Source of the DNA: Eledone cirrhosa
Lineage: Eukaryota
Reading direction: 5' to 3'
Length of the DNA stretch: 64,000 nucleotides
Assembly (NCBI GenBank): GCA_964016885.1
Contig: OZ024741.1
Location: 107,632,001 to 107,696,000 of the forward strand
The position numbers and the translations under genes were made by a program. Positions 16,098 through 27,796 of the stretch are shown here, in pieces (the stretch's first letter is position 1; each line of letters opens with the position of its first letter). Under the pieces are notes generated by a model. The model was not told the origin of the DNA and did no database searches. It saw nothing but the letters and a program-made list of their open reading frames with translations.

Positions 16098-16285
16098 AAC
16101 CAGTAAGACCCCGACAGCTGAGCTCAAGCCGTTTCGACGGCTAATTCTGGTCCAGAATTAGCCGTCGAAACGGCTTGAGCTCAGCTGTCGGGGTCTTACT
16201 GGTTCCTATTACCCACTCTACTACCTCAAGTATTGAGTACTTTGGTGCGTTATGGTCCACCTGGTTCCTTACCACATTCCCTTCG

Positions 16286-16287
<2 letters not shown>
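16096..16287 (+). mobile_element. Hairpin-plus-tail (TA)n-embedded mini-element, copy 1
   Basis: Perfect 55-bp arms around T16151, then ~80-nt tail; (TA)n on both sides; related copies at 19800, 30291, 57401. Confidence 0.9.
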
Positions 16288-16317
<30 letters not shown>

Positions 16318-16321
<4 letters not shown>

Positions 16322-17073
16322 ATACATTAACTGCGCCATAGACTCTCGCCGTTCCCTGTAAATAATTTGCCCAAAGGAGAGGAAAACTTAAGCTCTTTAA
16401 AATACAATATGTTGAAAAGGTAACACACTAGAGAGATATACAGTGCGCTATCAATAAAAAAGGGAAAAACCACCAGTGTATGGAATCTATAACCTATGAA
16501 AGGCAGACTATAGACACGATAATTAAAAATATAAATTAAAGCGTAAATAAATACCTCTATAACTATATAACACACGTACCAATCCAAAGTGATCTGTTTC
16601 GCCAGAAATGAAATAAACCCGGTTCATCAGCGTGTGTAAAGCTATACATTTCAGACAACACTAAGAGAGTTTTTAAAGCGACCGTCCAGCTACACGTGGG
16701 AGAGAGAGGTCACCGCGTGTTTTAGGGCAGTGAACCAGTGGCCTCTGAGGGACGAGCTGCTAGAAAGGGCAGCCCAAAACCACTGAGACAAGTGTGCTCA
16801 ACCAAACAGAGTGAGAGGAAAGATTGTTATAAGGAGCAAAATAACACGATACATTAACGGCGCCCTAGACTCTCGCTGTTCCCTGTCAATAATTTGCCCA
16901 AAGGAGAGGAAATCCTGAGCTCTTTAAAATACAATATGTTGAAAAGGTAACACACCAGAGAGATATACAGTGCGCTATCAATAAAACAGGGAAAAAACAC
17001 CAGTGTATGGAATCTATAACCTATGAAAGGCAGACTATAGACACGATAATTAAAAATATAAATTAAAGCGTAA
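16318..17073 (-). mobile_element. Retrozyme-like partial tandem (527-bp period) with HHR
   Basis: 16318-16546 repeated at 16845-17073; HHR in between; left end abuts (TA)n. Confidence 0.8.
16571..16636 (-). ncRNA. Type I hammerhead ribozyme
   Basis: Minus strand: cacacg-CTGATGA-accggg[..]tctggc-GAAA-cagatc[..]gattgg-TA-cgtgtg; 6-bp stem I. Confidence 0.85.
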
Positions 17074-17183
17074 TATATAAATATATGTATACATATATGC
17101 TTGAGTGTGTACGCATGTATTGTACGGATAAAGTATGAATAGATGAGCATGATCATATATCTACCTATCTATACACACACGCA

Positions 17184-17376
<193 letters not shown>

Positions 17377-17659
17377 ATATATCTCTCTCTCTATATATAA
17401 AGGCTTTGTTTCCTGTGGAGTTGAGAATCAATACATTAGTAGCAAAGTATTTTGATTAGAATTTCAGTCTATACACAATCACACTTTTAAGAAATATAAA
17501 GAATCATGCACATATACACACTCGGATCGGATAAATACATACGCGCACACATATAGACACATAGGTACATGCATCACTATATATATACACTTAATATATA
17601 TATATATATATATATTAATTCAAAATATTAACAAAAATAGACATTCGTGTGATCAAGTA

Positions 17660-17726
17660 TATTTTATTATACATATTTCAGAGGTACTGAGCTAACTTCA
17701 ACAGTACGTCCTCATCAGATAAAATA
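17660..17726 (-). ncRNA. Type I hammerhead ribozyme (family A)
   Basis: tattttat-CTGATGA-ggacgtactg[ttgaagttagct]cagtacctct-GAAA-tatgta-TA-ataaaata; 8-bp stem I. Confidence 0.88.
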
Positions 17727-18231
17727 AGATGATGCATGACATACCCTGACTTAGTAGATGGTTAAGATTCAGTCATGGTAGTGAATAAGATATGACAAAA
17801 CTCAATATTTATATACCTTAAGATTGAGACATGAAAAAATTTACATATAATACAGAGTGAGAAAGCTTAAAAATATATAATAGCAATTTACATAACTGTT
17901 AGAGATTCAAATAATTTAAATTATTGAAGAAAGAAGAAAGAAAGAAGAAAGACAGAAAGAAACAGATGAGGAGAAAATATAGTTACTAGAAGTATGGAAA
18001 GCAAAAGAGAATTGATCAAGGATAGAGAGACAAGGAGGAATAATTTTTATAATATAAAGCATAGGGAGGGAGGTTTGTATTGTCGTGGATGAATAGGGTG
18101 TGATTAGATAATGCAAAACTTATATATATCTATACAAACACATGAATATACATTTAGGCATAGCTTTGTGAAAGAGTAAACTCGAATCTTTGAATTATTG
18201 AATTATCTAGAAGTATCCATCAATCTAAATA

Positions 18232-18290
18232 TTATCTGATGAGGACGTACTGTTGAAGTTAGCTCAGTACCTCTGAAATATGTATAATAA
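18232..18290 (+). ncRNA. Type I hammerhead ribozyme (inverted copy of 17660)
   Basis: Same core and stems II/III; stem I shortened. Confidence 0.78.
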
Positions 18291-18502
18291 AATATACTTG
18301 ATCACACGAATGTTTATTTTTGTTAATATTTTGAATTAACATTAATAACTCCGGAAAACGAAATTTGTTGAGTGCTTCAAATCTATTGTAAAACTCATTC
18401 TTTGATTTATTCATTGAACCTTGTTTAACCTTTAAATTTGCCAAATGCGCATTGCCATTGTAAAGCCTAAATTTCGATCGATCATATTTATTACTGAACC
18501 TT

Positions 18503-18558
<56 letters not shown>

Positions 18559-18561
<3 letters not shown>

Positions 18562-19453
18562 ACAAGGGGGAAGAAAAAATGGCTTCATTTGTGCTTTCAA
18601 CAAATTTATTTTCTTCACAAAATCCAAAAATTATTTTTCTTAAAAAAAATTATTTTATAAATTAAGTTGTTGGTTGTTGGTTAGGTCTTAGGAGTTCTTG
18701 GTTAACGTAGGAGGTATTGTTTCGTTTTTAGAAAGACCTTTCACGCTGAGGTGCGCTTGTCAAACTGATGTGTATGTGGTGTGTTGTTCTATATATAGGG
18801 ATTTAACATGTCTGTGGTGTGGTGGGGGTTTCTTTTCTCCCCCTTTAATAAGTGCATGGCTGTAGGTGTGTTGAAAAAGTGTTCATAGCAGTAAAAAAAA
18901 AAAAAAAAAAAATAATAATAATTATCCACAAACTTGACAGGTGCGATTTGCCTGTGACCATTCTCAACACAAAAGCAATACTAAGAGCTTTTCCCCTGAA
19001 TAAAGGAATTTTTCGAGAATGACCGGGGCAGGCCGCATTTGCTACATTTCTCCCCACCCAACCCTACTCACCGTCTCAACTCATTACTGCTATGAACACT
19101 TTTTCAACACACCTACACCCATGCACTTATTAAAGGGGGAGAAAAGAACCCCCACCACACCACAGACATGTTAAATCCCTATATATAGAACAACACACCA
19201 CATACACATCAGTTTGACAAGCGCACCTCAGCGTGAAAGGTCTTTCTAAAAACGAAACAATACCTCCTACGTTAACCAAGAACTCCTAAGATCTAACCAA
19301 CAACCAACAACTTAATTTATAAAATAATTTTTTTTAAGAAAAATAATTTTTGGATTTTGTGAAGAAAATAAATTTGTTGAAAGCACAAGTGAAGCCATTT
19401 TTTCTTCCCCCCTGTCTTAATATACCTAACTGTACCAAGGATTACACACATTT

Positions 19454-19458
<5 letters not shown>
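18559..19458. mobile_element. PLE 3' end with inverted ~335-bp duplication and 3' tail, between (TA)n tracts
   Basis: 18559-18894 is the reverse complement of 19084-19418; ~40-nt extra tail on the right; TTGACAA-gcgc[acctca]gcgt-GAAA motif in each arm. Confidence 0.8.
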
Positions 19459-19517
<59 letters not shown>

Positions 19518-19592
19518 CCTGTCTGTACATTTCATATGCACACATATGGACACATAGATACATGCATCACTATATATATATATATATATACA

Positions 19593-19652
<60 letters not shown>

Positions 19653-19662
19653 GTATATATAT

Positions 19663-19746
19663 AGTAATAACAAATGTGAAGACTAAAATCCAAAGTTAAG
19701 GGTGAAAGCAGCAATTCTTTGCTTAAACTTTCATCTGTTCTTATAA

Positions 19747-19750
<4 letters not shown>
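19663..19750. mobile_element. Collapsed remnant of the Naiad-like element (tail joined to inverted pLTR end)
   Basis: gaagactaaaatccaaag (cf. 25223) fused to ttaagggtgaaagcagcaattctttgcttaaac (cf. 27694); (TA)n both sides. Confidence 0.75.
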
Positions 19751-19799
<49 letters not shown>

Positions 19800-19803
<4 letters not shown>

Positions 19804-19990
19804 ATGTATGACCCCGACGGCAGAGCTCAAGCCGTCGAAACGGCTATTTCTGGACTCCAGAAATAGCTGTTGAAACGGCTTGTGCTCTGCCGTCGGGTTC
19901 ATACATTTTCCTATTACCCACTCTACTACCCTAATTATTGAGTACTCTGGTGCGTTATGGTCCATCTGGTTCCTTATCACAACTCCTTCG

Positions 19991-19992
<2 letters not shown>
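19800..19992 (+). mobile_element. Hairpin-plus-tail mini-element, copy 2
   Basis: Arms 19800-19854 and 19856-19910, same tail as copy 1; (TA)n both sides. Confidence 0.88.
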
Positions 19993-20025
<33 letters not shown>

Positions 20026-20346
20026 CCGACAGACAACCTTTCCCCCACCCCGGAAAAAAACCTCAGTTGATGGATGTGAATCCGAAATATATAGGGACAA
20101 TTAAATCTCTCCCAAGGTAACTCTTTCTCGTGTTGTTATTTTTATTTTATCCTTTATACTCTTTCCTTCATTCTTCTACACATCTTATGCACACCACGCA
20201 ATTCAACGTACACCCACTTACATCTCTCTCTCCACCACCGGATCTTGTTACCCGGAGATTTACCCATTTGCATTGTCGAGGCTTCCAAACGACTTCAAGA
20301 TATTTACTTATTATTCCACAATGCTTCAAGCAAACTTCAATACTCT

Positions 20347-20399
<53 letters not shown>

Positions 20400-21314
20400 A
20401 GTGACAATAAGAATCTGTAAAGTTTACAAGAAGATGCAATTTTTATTGTCACTTCATATACTCTCTACAAAATTAAGCCGCCTTAAACATGAAGCAGAAC
20501 CCAACGAGAGATGGAAACAGTAACAGCATCGAGTGCTTACATGCATACATACATACATCGATGCACGTTCATACATACACACGAAGTCGTACATAACTAC
20601 CAATCCACACACATATATATATATATAGAATCGTACAAATATAAATACATTTATATTTATACAGGAAAATACACAGATATGTAAAACTTTATATTCATAA
20701 AAAAAAAACTTCGAGAATTTCAGGATGTAGGTAGAATCTTTGCCAAATGCGCATTGCCATTGTAAAGCCTAAATTTCGATCGATCATATTTATTACTGAA
20801 CATTACGATCCGGTGTGTTAAAGATATTCCGTAGACACACGTTAAATGGCAAATATTTCATTGAAAAGGCAAACACACGTGTCAAAATGATTATTATCTT
20901 TGAAAGCGGAAAGACTGGAACCTTCTGGTAGATGGAGAGGTAATATAGTGTCTATTTTCTTTCACATATACAGACACATAGGCTCACACACACTCACATA
21001 TATGAATATATACAGACACATTCATATATTCATATAAACATAGTGACACATACAATCACATATACACATTCATACATATGCACACACACATACACATATT
21101 TACATATTTACACATACATGAACACATATAACCTCTGGTTCAATCTGAGGCAATTGATGATCTTAATTACATATTTGTATGTGAAGCATTGATAATGTAG
21201 GAACTGACCTTCCCGCAGCTAGTGCTCTTTGTTGGATCAAGTCTTATTACTTGTGAACACAGCCAGTTCTTTCCAGAAAAGGATAGAGAGAGTGATGAAG
21301 ATATATAGAAGAAG

Positions 21315-21473
21315 AATTGACCTCAGTTCTGGAGTGCTACTCTATTTATCGACCACGGAAGGATGAAAGGAAAGTTGATCTCGGCGGGATTTGAACTCAG
21401 AGCTCAAATAAGCAGAACTAATATCACAGAGCATTCTATCCGAGGTTCTAACGGCTTTGCCTATTCTCCGCCT
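21315..21473 (-). mobile_element. tRNA-derived SINE
   Basis: tttatcgaccacggaaggatgaaaggaaagttgatctcggcgggatttgaactcag. Confidence 0.8.
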
Positions 21474-22763
21474 TCACGTTCAAGTTAGGGTAATTTTCTT
21501 ATTTTAAGTTCGTGGTAGTATATGTCCTACGATGGGTTTGTCTTATGAAGTACGTCTCTTTGTATCATATGACTAACATGACAGTTTGACCGTTGTTGTT
21601 TCAACGATATGGAGTGAGAGCGATTGGAATTTTGGTTAGTATGCTTACTTGTTGTTTAAGAACATAGGGAATGGGTGACTTACTGTCGAGTAACGAACCA
21701 GACAGAGATAGAGCCCCTGGCTTCTGCCACTTCCGCGCGAAATGGGTGTAGTATTTAGGTAGTTGTTAATTTTATTTTACATACTATTACTTCGCTGAAC
21801 GGAATTATGTACTCGATAATTCAGGTTAGATAATACTTCAATACATTTTATGGGGCTAAATTTTGTCAACCTCGTCGAGAAATTGTTTCACACTCTTAAT
21901 TGTGTTATTCTTTATAACTTCCAGTTAATGTCTATATTGAAAACATGTTCATAGAAAATATGTGGGCGTTTCTTATGATTGTTTAGAGTAGTAAGTCGTT
22001 TGCATTGGTACGTGTAAGGTAATACTCGGGATTATTTGGCTATTTATTTGCTAGGACCGTATCTTCACTGGGTTAATTTGATCGAGTTTATTGTTTCGTT
22101 AAGTGGCATAGAGCTAGGATTAGGTTAAAGGGTGATTACAAAACAAACAAAATTTATTACTCTAAATATTATCTTCTTTTACTCCTTCACAACTTCAAAA
22201 TTGGATATTTAGTTGCAACTTTCTACGTTTTATTTATAATACGTCAAGGACACATTAAAGTTTCAACCTTTCAGGTTCAAGAAAATTAAGTATTGGAATC
22301 GATAACATTCACTTTCTTCTTCGTTATTGCTGGCCTTCTGCCAATCAGAAATGCGCGATTCTGGAATTATAATATACATAAGCATATTGCATATGTCTTC
22401 ATATACATCTCTATTATGAACCAAAATATGTTAGTGCTACTGCTAATTAATCCTACCTAGTTCGTTTCGCACTATATGCAAAAGACCATCCCCAGATTAT
22501 TTTGTGCCATATGTAAATGAGTGGCGCAAGATAATGTTTCATTTGCAAACAAACAAACAAACATTTTAGCTTATTCTTTATTCAGTAGCGAATGATTAAA
22601 TGTCTCTGTTGAAATATAAATATCTAGAAAGGTGTGTCTAGCATTCTCACTGACTACAGTGATAGCTGTAATATGATCACAGCATAAAATGTTTATAGCG
22701 GGACTCATATTTCATTATATATAGAGATATCGTACACATCTTCATATACAACTTTATAATAAA

Positions 22764-22808
<45 letters not shown>

Positions 22809-22921
22809 GATATATATATATATTATATATTCATTTATTAAGGCTAAATAAATCTTGTTACTCTGGAGTTTCACCTGTTTATCACAAGATTCTCATATAT
22901 ATATATACACACACACACACG

Positions 22922-23015
<94 letters not shown>

Positions 23016-23439
23016 ATTTTCACTACTATGTCTTTAGATGCGCTTGAATATATACAATGATCTTTTCTATAATCAGCGATAATCCATCTGCTATAGGAGC
23101 CGACTGGATTGAGCTATATGGATAAAAAGAATCGAGAAGGGAGGCTACTCAGTACGACTTTGAATGAGAGTTCGCAGGACAAGATATCTGATGCCATTTA
23201 GCATTTACATTAACAGCTCACAATAACGGTATCGATTTTTGCTTAAACCCACTGCCACTCCGTATATTTTTCGTATGTCTGTCTATATCTACACAAGCAT
23301 TTCTATACAACCATGTACATGCTTAAGTACACATATAACTACTCTCTACTTCTTCCATATGCTAATCTAGTCCCGTACAAGGTGTTCAACAAGGTAAGAG
23401 TTGTTATACACTTGACAGCAGCCATTGGGTGATGCTTAT

Positions 23440-23635
23440 TATGTTATTGGACGTTCATCGTTTGCGACGACGAGTGGTCCCGTCAAGTCATCCAATCAAC
23501 GGAACTGACTTCTCGTAAAATGAACATGTAAGCGACTAGCGTGTGAGTGGCTACACAGACAACGCAATTAGTTCTAAGGTAGATTCAGCGTCACTCAATG
23601 TGTGATTAGATTGACCCCTTGAACAACATGTACCT
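23440..23635 (-). mobile_element. Second SINE-like family, degenerate
   Basis: ctacacagac..gattcagcgtcac..tgtgtga..cccttgaa; loosely related sequence in opposite orientation at ~10420-10510. Confidence 0.4.
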
Positions 23636-23971
23636 TTTCGATTTTTTATTAAAATTAGACGAATATAATGTTTCAAGATGCAAATGTGATCACATCTTAG
23701 GGATCTGCTGTAATCCGTCTGGGAATGCAGGAGACAATGTCCCATCAAATCGTGAAGTGACTCTGTAGTTGCTCCGGTCTTTTCCACGACAACATGGGGC
23801 TACTTAGAGCCACTCACTGATTTAGCCAACCAACGTCCTACACAACGGCACAATACATCGGTTTTGTTCAAACTTAGAGAGGTACGGGCTCCAGCAGATT
23901 TAAGAAGCAGAAGACGGCGTCCACACGACTCCAGGAGTTTCGGGGTAAACGGAAGGAATCTGTGTTCCTAT

Positions 23972-24160
23972 AATAATTGTTTCTACTTTTGGCACAAGGC
24001 CAGCAATTATTCCAGTGCCTTACTGGTGCCTTATTTTATCGATCCCGTAAGGATGAAAGGCAAATTTAACCTCGGTGAGATTTGAACTCACAAAATAAAG
24101 GATCTTAACTCTATGTTGCAAAGTATGACGTCCGACCCTCTACGGATACTGAAAGTTCAG
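23972..24160 (-). mobile_element. tRNA-derived SINE
   Basis: Same core and ggcacaaggccagcaatt 3' part. Confidence 0.85.
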
Positions 24161-24705
24161 ATTGGGATACAACTGCTACGTATATAATTAATTGAGCTTG
24201 AGCAAGGATTTTACTTTCTGAATTTATTTTGTTCGACTTTATAAAAATGTGTTAATTTTACAGCCCTGTAATTTTGGTAACACACATATATATTATCATC
24301 GGCCCTATTTCTTTTCGTGGATATGTGCATATGTAAGTGTTTGAGTGCGTCGGTAGTCCAACTCATTTGAGTATATATATATTTATGTGCATGTGCGAGT
24401 TTATGCCTGTAACTTTTGTATGAAGAGCAGATCGATACTGGATTCGGGTCCATAATCACTTAGTGTGACTTTTAACCAATCCACTGTGAAGCGCATGTAA
24501 CATGTCGATACACAATATAAACCTAAATACAGGTACATGAAACTTCATCGTTTTTCTTCATATATACATTCTGCCTGTGCATAGAGTGGTTTTATGGATG
24601 CCACCACCAGTAATTCACTGAATCACATACAGTATATATAGATGTGTGTGTGTTTGAAACGTAATATTTTTGACTATATAATATAGTCTAATAACGGAGC
24701 ATATA

Positions 24706-24775
24706 AACCACGGGTGTCGAACCTACATCTCACGTTTGCCGAGAGAGTAGGCTACCATTACGCCAATGAATCCAC
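24706..24775 (-). pseudogene. tRNA-like head (SINE or tRNA pseudogene)
   Basis: Minus strand TGGCGTAATGG (A box) and GGTTCGACACC (B box); no clean anticodon stem. Confidence 0.5.
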
Positions 24776-25170
24776 CCAGCTTTTCCTTTAGTTTTAGACG
24801 CTATAACTTAATAGCGATATGTAAATAAAGGAAGTATCTTTGGAACGCGGTGGACGAAGATTGGAATTGAAAATGATATCCATCTTCGTCCGTCCTGCGG
24901 TGTTGTGTGTAAGGCTTTGTGTAGGTGGGTATGTAAATCTGTATGCATGTGTGCGTGTGTGTATGTACCTATACCGTTTGTATGGGTGCATGTATGTATA
25001 GCTCTATATATGCATATATGTGTGCGTGTTTATCTGTGTATTGGAAATTGCGTGTTGCTCTATGAAGCCAATGACAGTAGTTCTAAAGTCATTTGAAAAT
25101 CAGTAAACTTTTTTATACACCTACATGTGTGGGTAATATTCTAGGGACATCACCTTCCTATAGTTTGTGT

Positions 25171-25208
<38 letters not shown>

Positions 25209-25305
25209 ATAATAATAAAATTGAAGACTAAAATCCAAAGAGGGCTCGATAAGGAAAATATATATCAAATATATAAGAACCGTAGAGCAAATATTTATTA
25301 AAATA

Positions 25306-25381
25306 ACAGATTAAAGTTTAAGCAAAAAATCGCTGCTTTCACCCTTAACGGGATCTTCTGAAACTAACAAAGTCAATCTGT
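25306..25381 (-). ncRNA. Hammerhead-like fold with CAGAAGA core in 3' pLTR
   Basis: acagattga..agttt-CAGAAGA-tccc[gttaa]gggt-GAAA-gca[..]tgc-TT-aaact..taatctgt. Confidence 0.65.
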
Positions 25382-26306
25382 AAACGCAATCTGTAACCGC
25401 AGAACTGGATATTTCAAAAAACGTTGCAACCGGAGGAAGACAGGAAGACGATACTTTGGTTCGTGGTAACGTTCGCTGGCAAAGAACGGGAAAAAACGAA
25501 TAATACGTCATTAATAGGAGCGGTGAAAAACAATTACGCGCAAAGACAAAACCACGTTTATGGTATAAAAGAGGTCGTAGACTAATGTTCTCTTAGATGG
25601 TGCATAGAGACGTTCTCTGGCAATGAACGAAAAAACGAAGATAATAAGTCATATGTGGAGCGTGGAGAACAATAGCACGCAAAGACAAAACCACGTAAAT
25701 GGTATAGCAGAAATCGTAGACTAAAATTCTAACTAGGAGACCAAATGAATCTCCGCTACAGAGTTAAGAACAAAGTAAATAAATACAATACAGAAGTAAT
25801 AGAAACAAATAAATACATACACGCAAACAGATACGTACATACACAACCATACGCAAAACCTTACCATGGGTATACAAAACCACGCACATATAAATATGTG
25901 TGTGTGTGTATGCTTGTGTACAAATAAATAAATAATTATATAAACGTATATAAGTAAATAAATACGTATATAACAAGCGCACACGCATACCTACATATAA
26001 ATACACGAATGTTTGGAGACGTAAGTCAACTAAAACAAGAAGTACACATATACACACACCCACCATACGTACGAACCTGCACACTCACGCGGACGCAAAA
26101 CTCCCGTATACACATAGCCAAACCCTAAATACCAGAATATGTAAAAATTATACGCTATAACAGTCAAATATACGTACGAGAAGGTATACATACCTTCACA
26201 AAACATACGGGTAATATATACTTACCTATGCAAATAAGTAAAGGAATAAACAAAACATATACTTAGCTCCCACATCAAGACGTAAAATATCCACGTATAG
26301 ATCGTG

Positions 26307-27500
26307 CTATCCGTTAGGGTATAACGTGGGGCTGTAATACAGGAAAGTTTTGTGCAATTTATGTTTACAAGCCGAAATTGCCTCAGATCTTTTGTTTAAG
26401 ATGTGGTCTGTAGCGTAGAGTATTTCCAGGGCCTCAGCGGCGCAGAGGTCACATGGTCTTTTATTTCCGTTATACGATCTAGCCCTAGCTAGGATCTCCC
26501 AGTGTAACTTATATTGGGTGTGGTTGTCTTTTAGACTCCAGATATAAGCTGAAAGTGACGTCATATTCCTTCTTAGAGGGTAACGAAAAGAATGGGTATG
26601 CATGTAGAGACGCTGCTTGAAACTATTGGCGGTTAACCCTATGTAGGCCCTACGGGACGTGGGTGTTACAACCTTACATTTGTAGACAATGTTATTAGAG
26701 AGGCATTTCCCGGAAACTGGGCAATCAGCCCGATTCCTACAATTACAGTTAGTACTAACTACAGGGTTGCACGTGTTCCTACGGCTAGGTAGTTTAGCTA
26801 AATTTGAAGCTGTGATGTTATGTGCAAGGTTAGGAGTCGTAGAGTAAGAAATTTTAATAGTATTTCTATTAAAAATGTTACTATATTTATGTGTAGGGGG
26901 AAAATGCTTCGTAATAAGGGAAAGAAAGATCTTAGCTAATGGTGTGGCCACCTCCATATTATATGGTGGGTTAAACCAACAAATGTGACGGGATCTATTT
27001 CTTCTAGGTCTATTTTCGTACTCTGTATATGCTACCTTATCGACAAATCCACTTCGAGCAAGAGCTTCATTGTAATAAGTGGAATGGTCGTTGAAAATGC
27101 GCTCGTTGGTGGAAAGACGGGAAAGCCTCAACGAAACGTTTCTTACCAGGTTCTTGGTTATGCTGGCAGGATGGTTGGAATGCTTACTTATGTAATTAAG
27201 CGTATCATTCGGCTTACTATACGGGTAATACAACCCATTCAATAAATTGAGGGTAACGTCGAGGTAATTAACGACCGAGAGATTGGCCTCAACCTGTATA
27301 GAGAGGTTGAAGCCTTTAAAGAAGGCTGTGAGTTCTTTTCTGAACCTGTCGCAAGCACGAGGTCCGCACTTAGTCATGGTCAAAAGACCATCGTCACGGT
27401 ACAAACCACCGCCCGCGTTGGGGAATTCGTCCTTGATAGAGAAAAGAAGGAAAAGGCCAATAAGATCAGTAACCTCCGCAGAGTCACTGGCGCCCATACT
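26307..27500 (-). CDS. PLE polyprotein, C-terminal part: RT (MGASDSAEV, LYRDDGL), thumb, GIY-YIG endonuclease
   Basis: CNCR..CPVSGKCL, NIVY..AYIGLT..FKQRLYMH, CDLC..E..ILNKRSEAISACKH. The first ~33 aa of the predicted ORF (27501-27599) come from the inverted pLTR. Confidence 0.93.
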   Translation of the reverse strand, partial: SMGASDSAEVTDLIGLFLLFSIKDEFPNAGGGLYRDDGLLTMTKCGPRACDRFRKELTAFFKGFNLSIQVEANLSVVNYLDVTLNLLNGLYYPYSKPNDTLNYISKHSNHPASITKNLVRNVSLRLSRLSTNERIFNDHSTYYNEALARSGFVDKVAYTEYENRPRRNRSRHICWFNPPYNMEVATPLAKIFLSLITKHFPPTHKYSNIFNRNTIKISYSTTPNLAHNITASNLAKLPSRRNTCNPVVSTNCNCRNRADCPVSGKCLSNNIVYKCKVVTPTSRRAYIGLTANSFKQRLYMHTHSFRYPLRRNMTSLSAYIWSLKDNHTQYKLHWEILARARSYNGNKRPCDLCAAEALEILYATDHILNKRSEAISACKHKLHKTFLYYSPTLYPNG

Positions 27501-27660
27501 CTTTGTCTTTGCGCGTAATTGTCTTTGCGCGTAATTGTTTTTCACCGCTCCTATTAATGACGTATTATTCGTTTTTTCCCGTTCTTTACCACGAACCAAA
27601 GTATCGTCTTCCTGTCTTCCTCCGGTTGCAACGTTTTTTGAAATATCCAGTTCTGCGTTT

Positions 27661-27736
27661 ACAGATTGACTTTGTTAGTTTCAGAAGATCCCGTTAAGGG
27701 TGAAAGCAGCGATTCTTTGCTTAAACTTTAATCTGT
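27661..27736 (+). ncRNA. Hammerhead-like fold with CAGAAGA core in inverted 5' pLTR
   Basis: Same fold as 25306; stem I AGTTT/AAACT extended by ACAGATTG/TAATCTGT. Confidence 0.65.
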
Positions 27737-27743
27737 TATTTTA

Positions 27744-27796
<53 letters not shown>

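Larger units (their letters stand above)
17614..18340. mobile_element. PLE-derived insertion with inverted ~110-bp HHR-bearing ends
   Basis: 17614-17722 is the reverse complement of 18232-18340; left end abuts (TA)n. Confidence 0.8.
25206..27750 (-). mobile_element. 5'-truncated Penelope-like retroelement (Naiad-like) with inverted 5' pseudo-LTR, inserted in (TA)n
   Basis: RT plus GIY-YIG ORF; ~25293-25550 is the reverse complement of ~27519-27750; ~85-nt 3' tail 25206-25290; (TA)n at both ends. Confidence 0.93.

Noticed and set aside
20061-20096. Hammerhead relic cct-CAGTTGA-t-ggat/atcc-GAAA-tatata-ggg
   Set aside because: Two core substitutions and single copy; at most a dead relic
25290-26306. 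SECIS/selenoprotein signal in the Naiad-like element
   Set aside because: No in-frame UGA in the retained ORF and no convincing SECIS seen by eye
27501-27599. N-terminus of the 430-aa ORF
   Set aside because: Antisense read of the inverted pLTR fused in frame by chance
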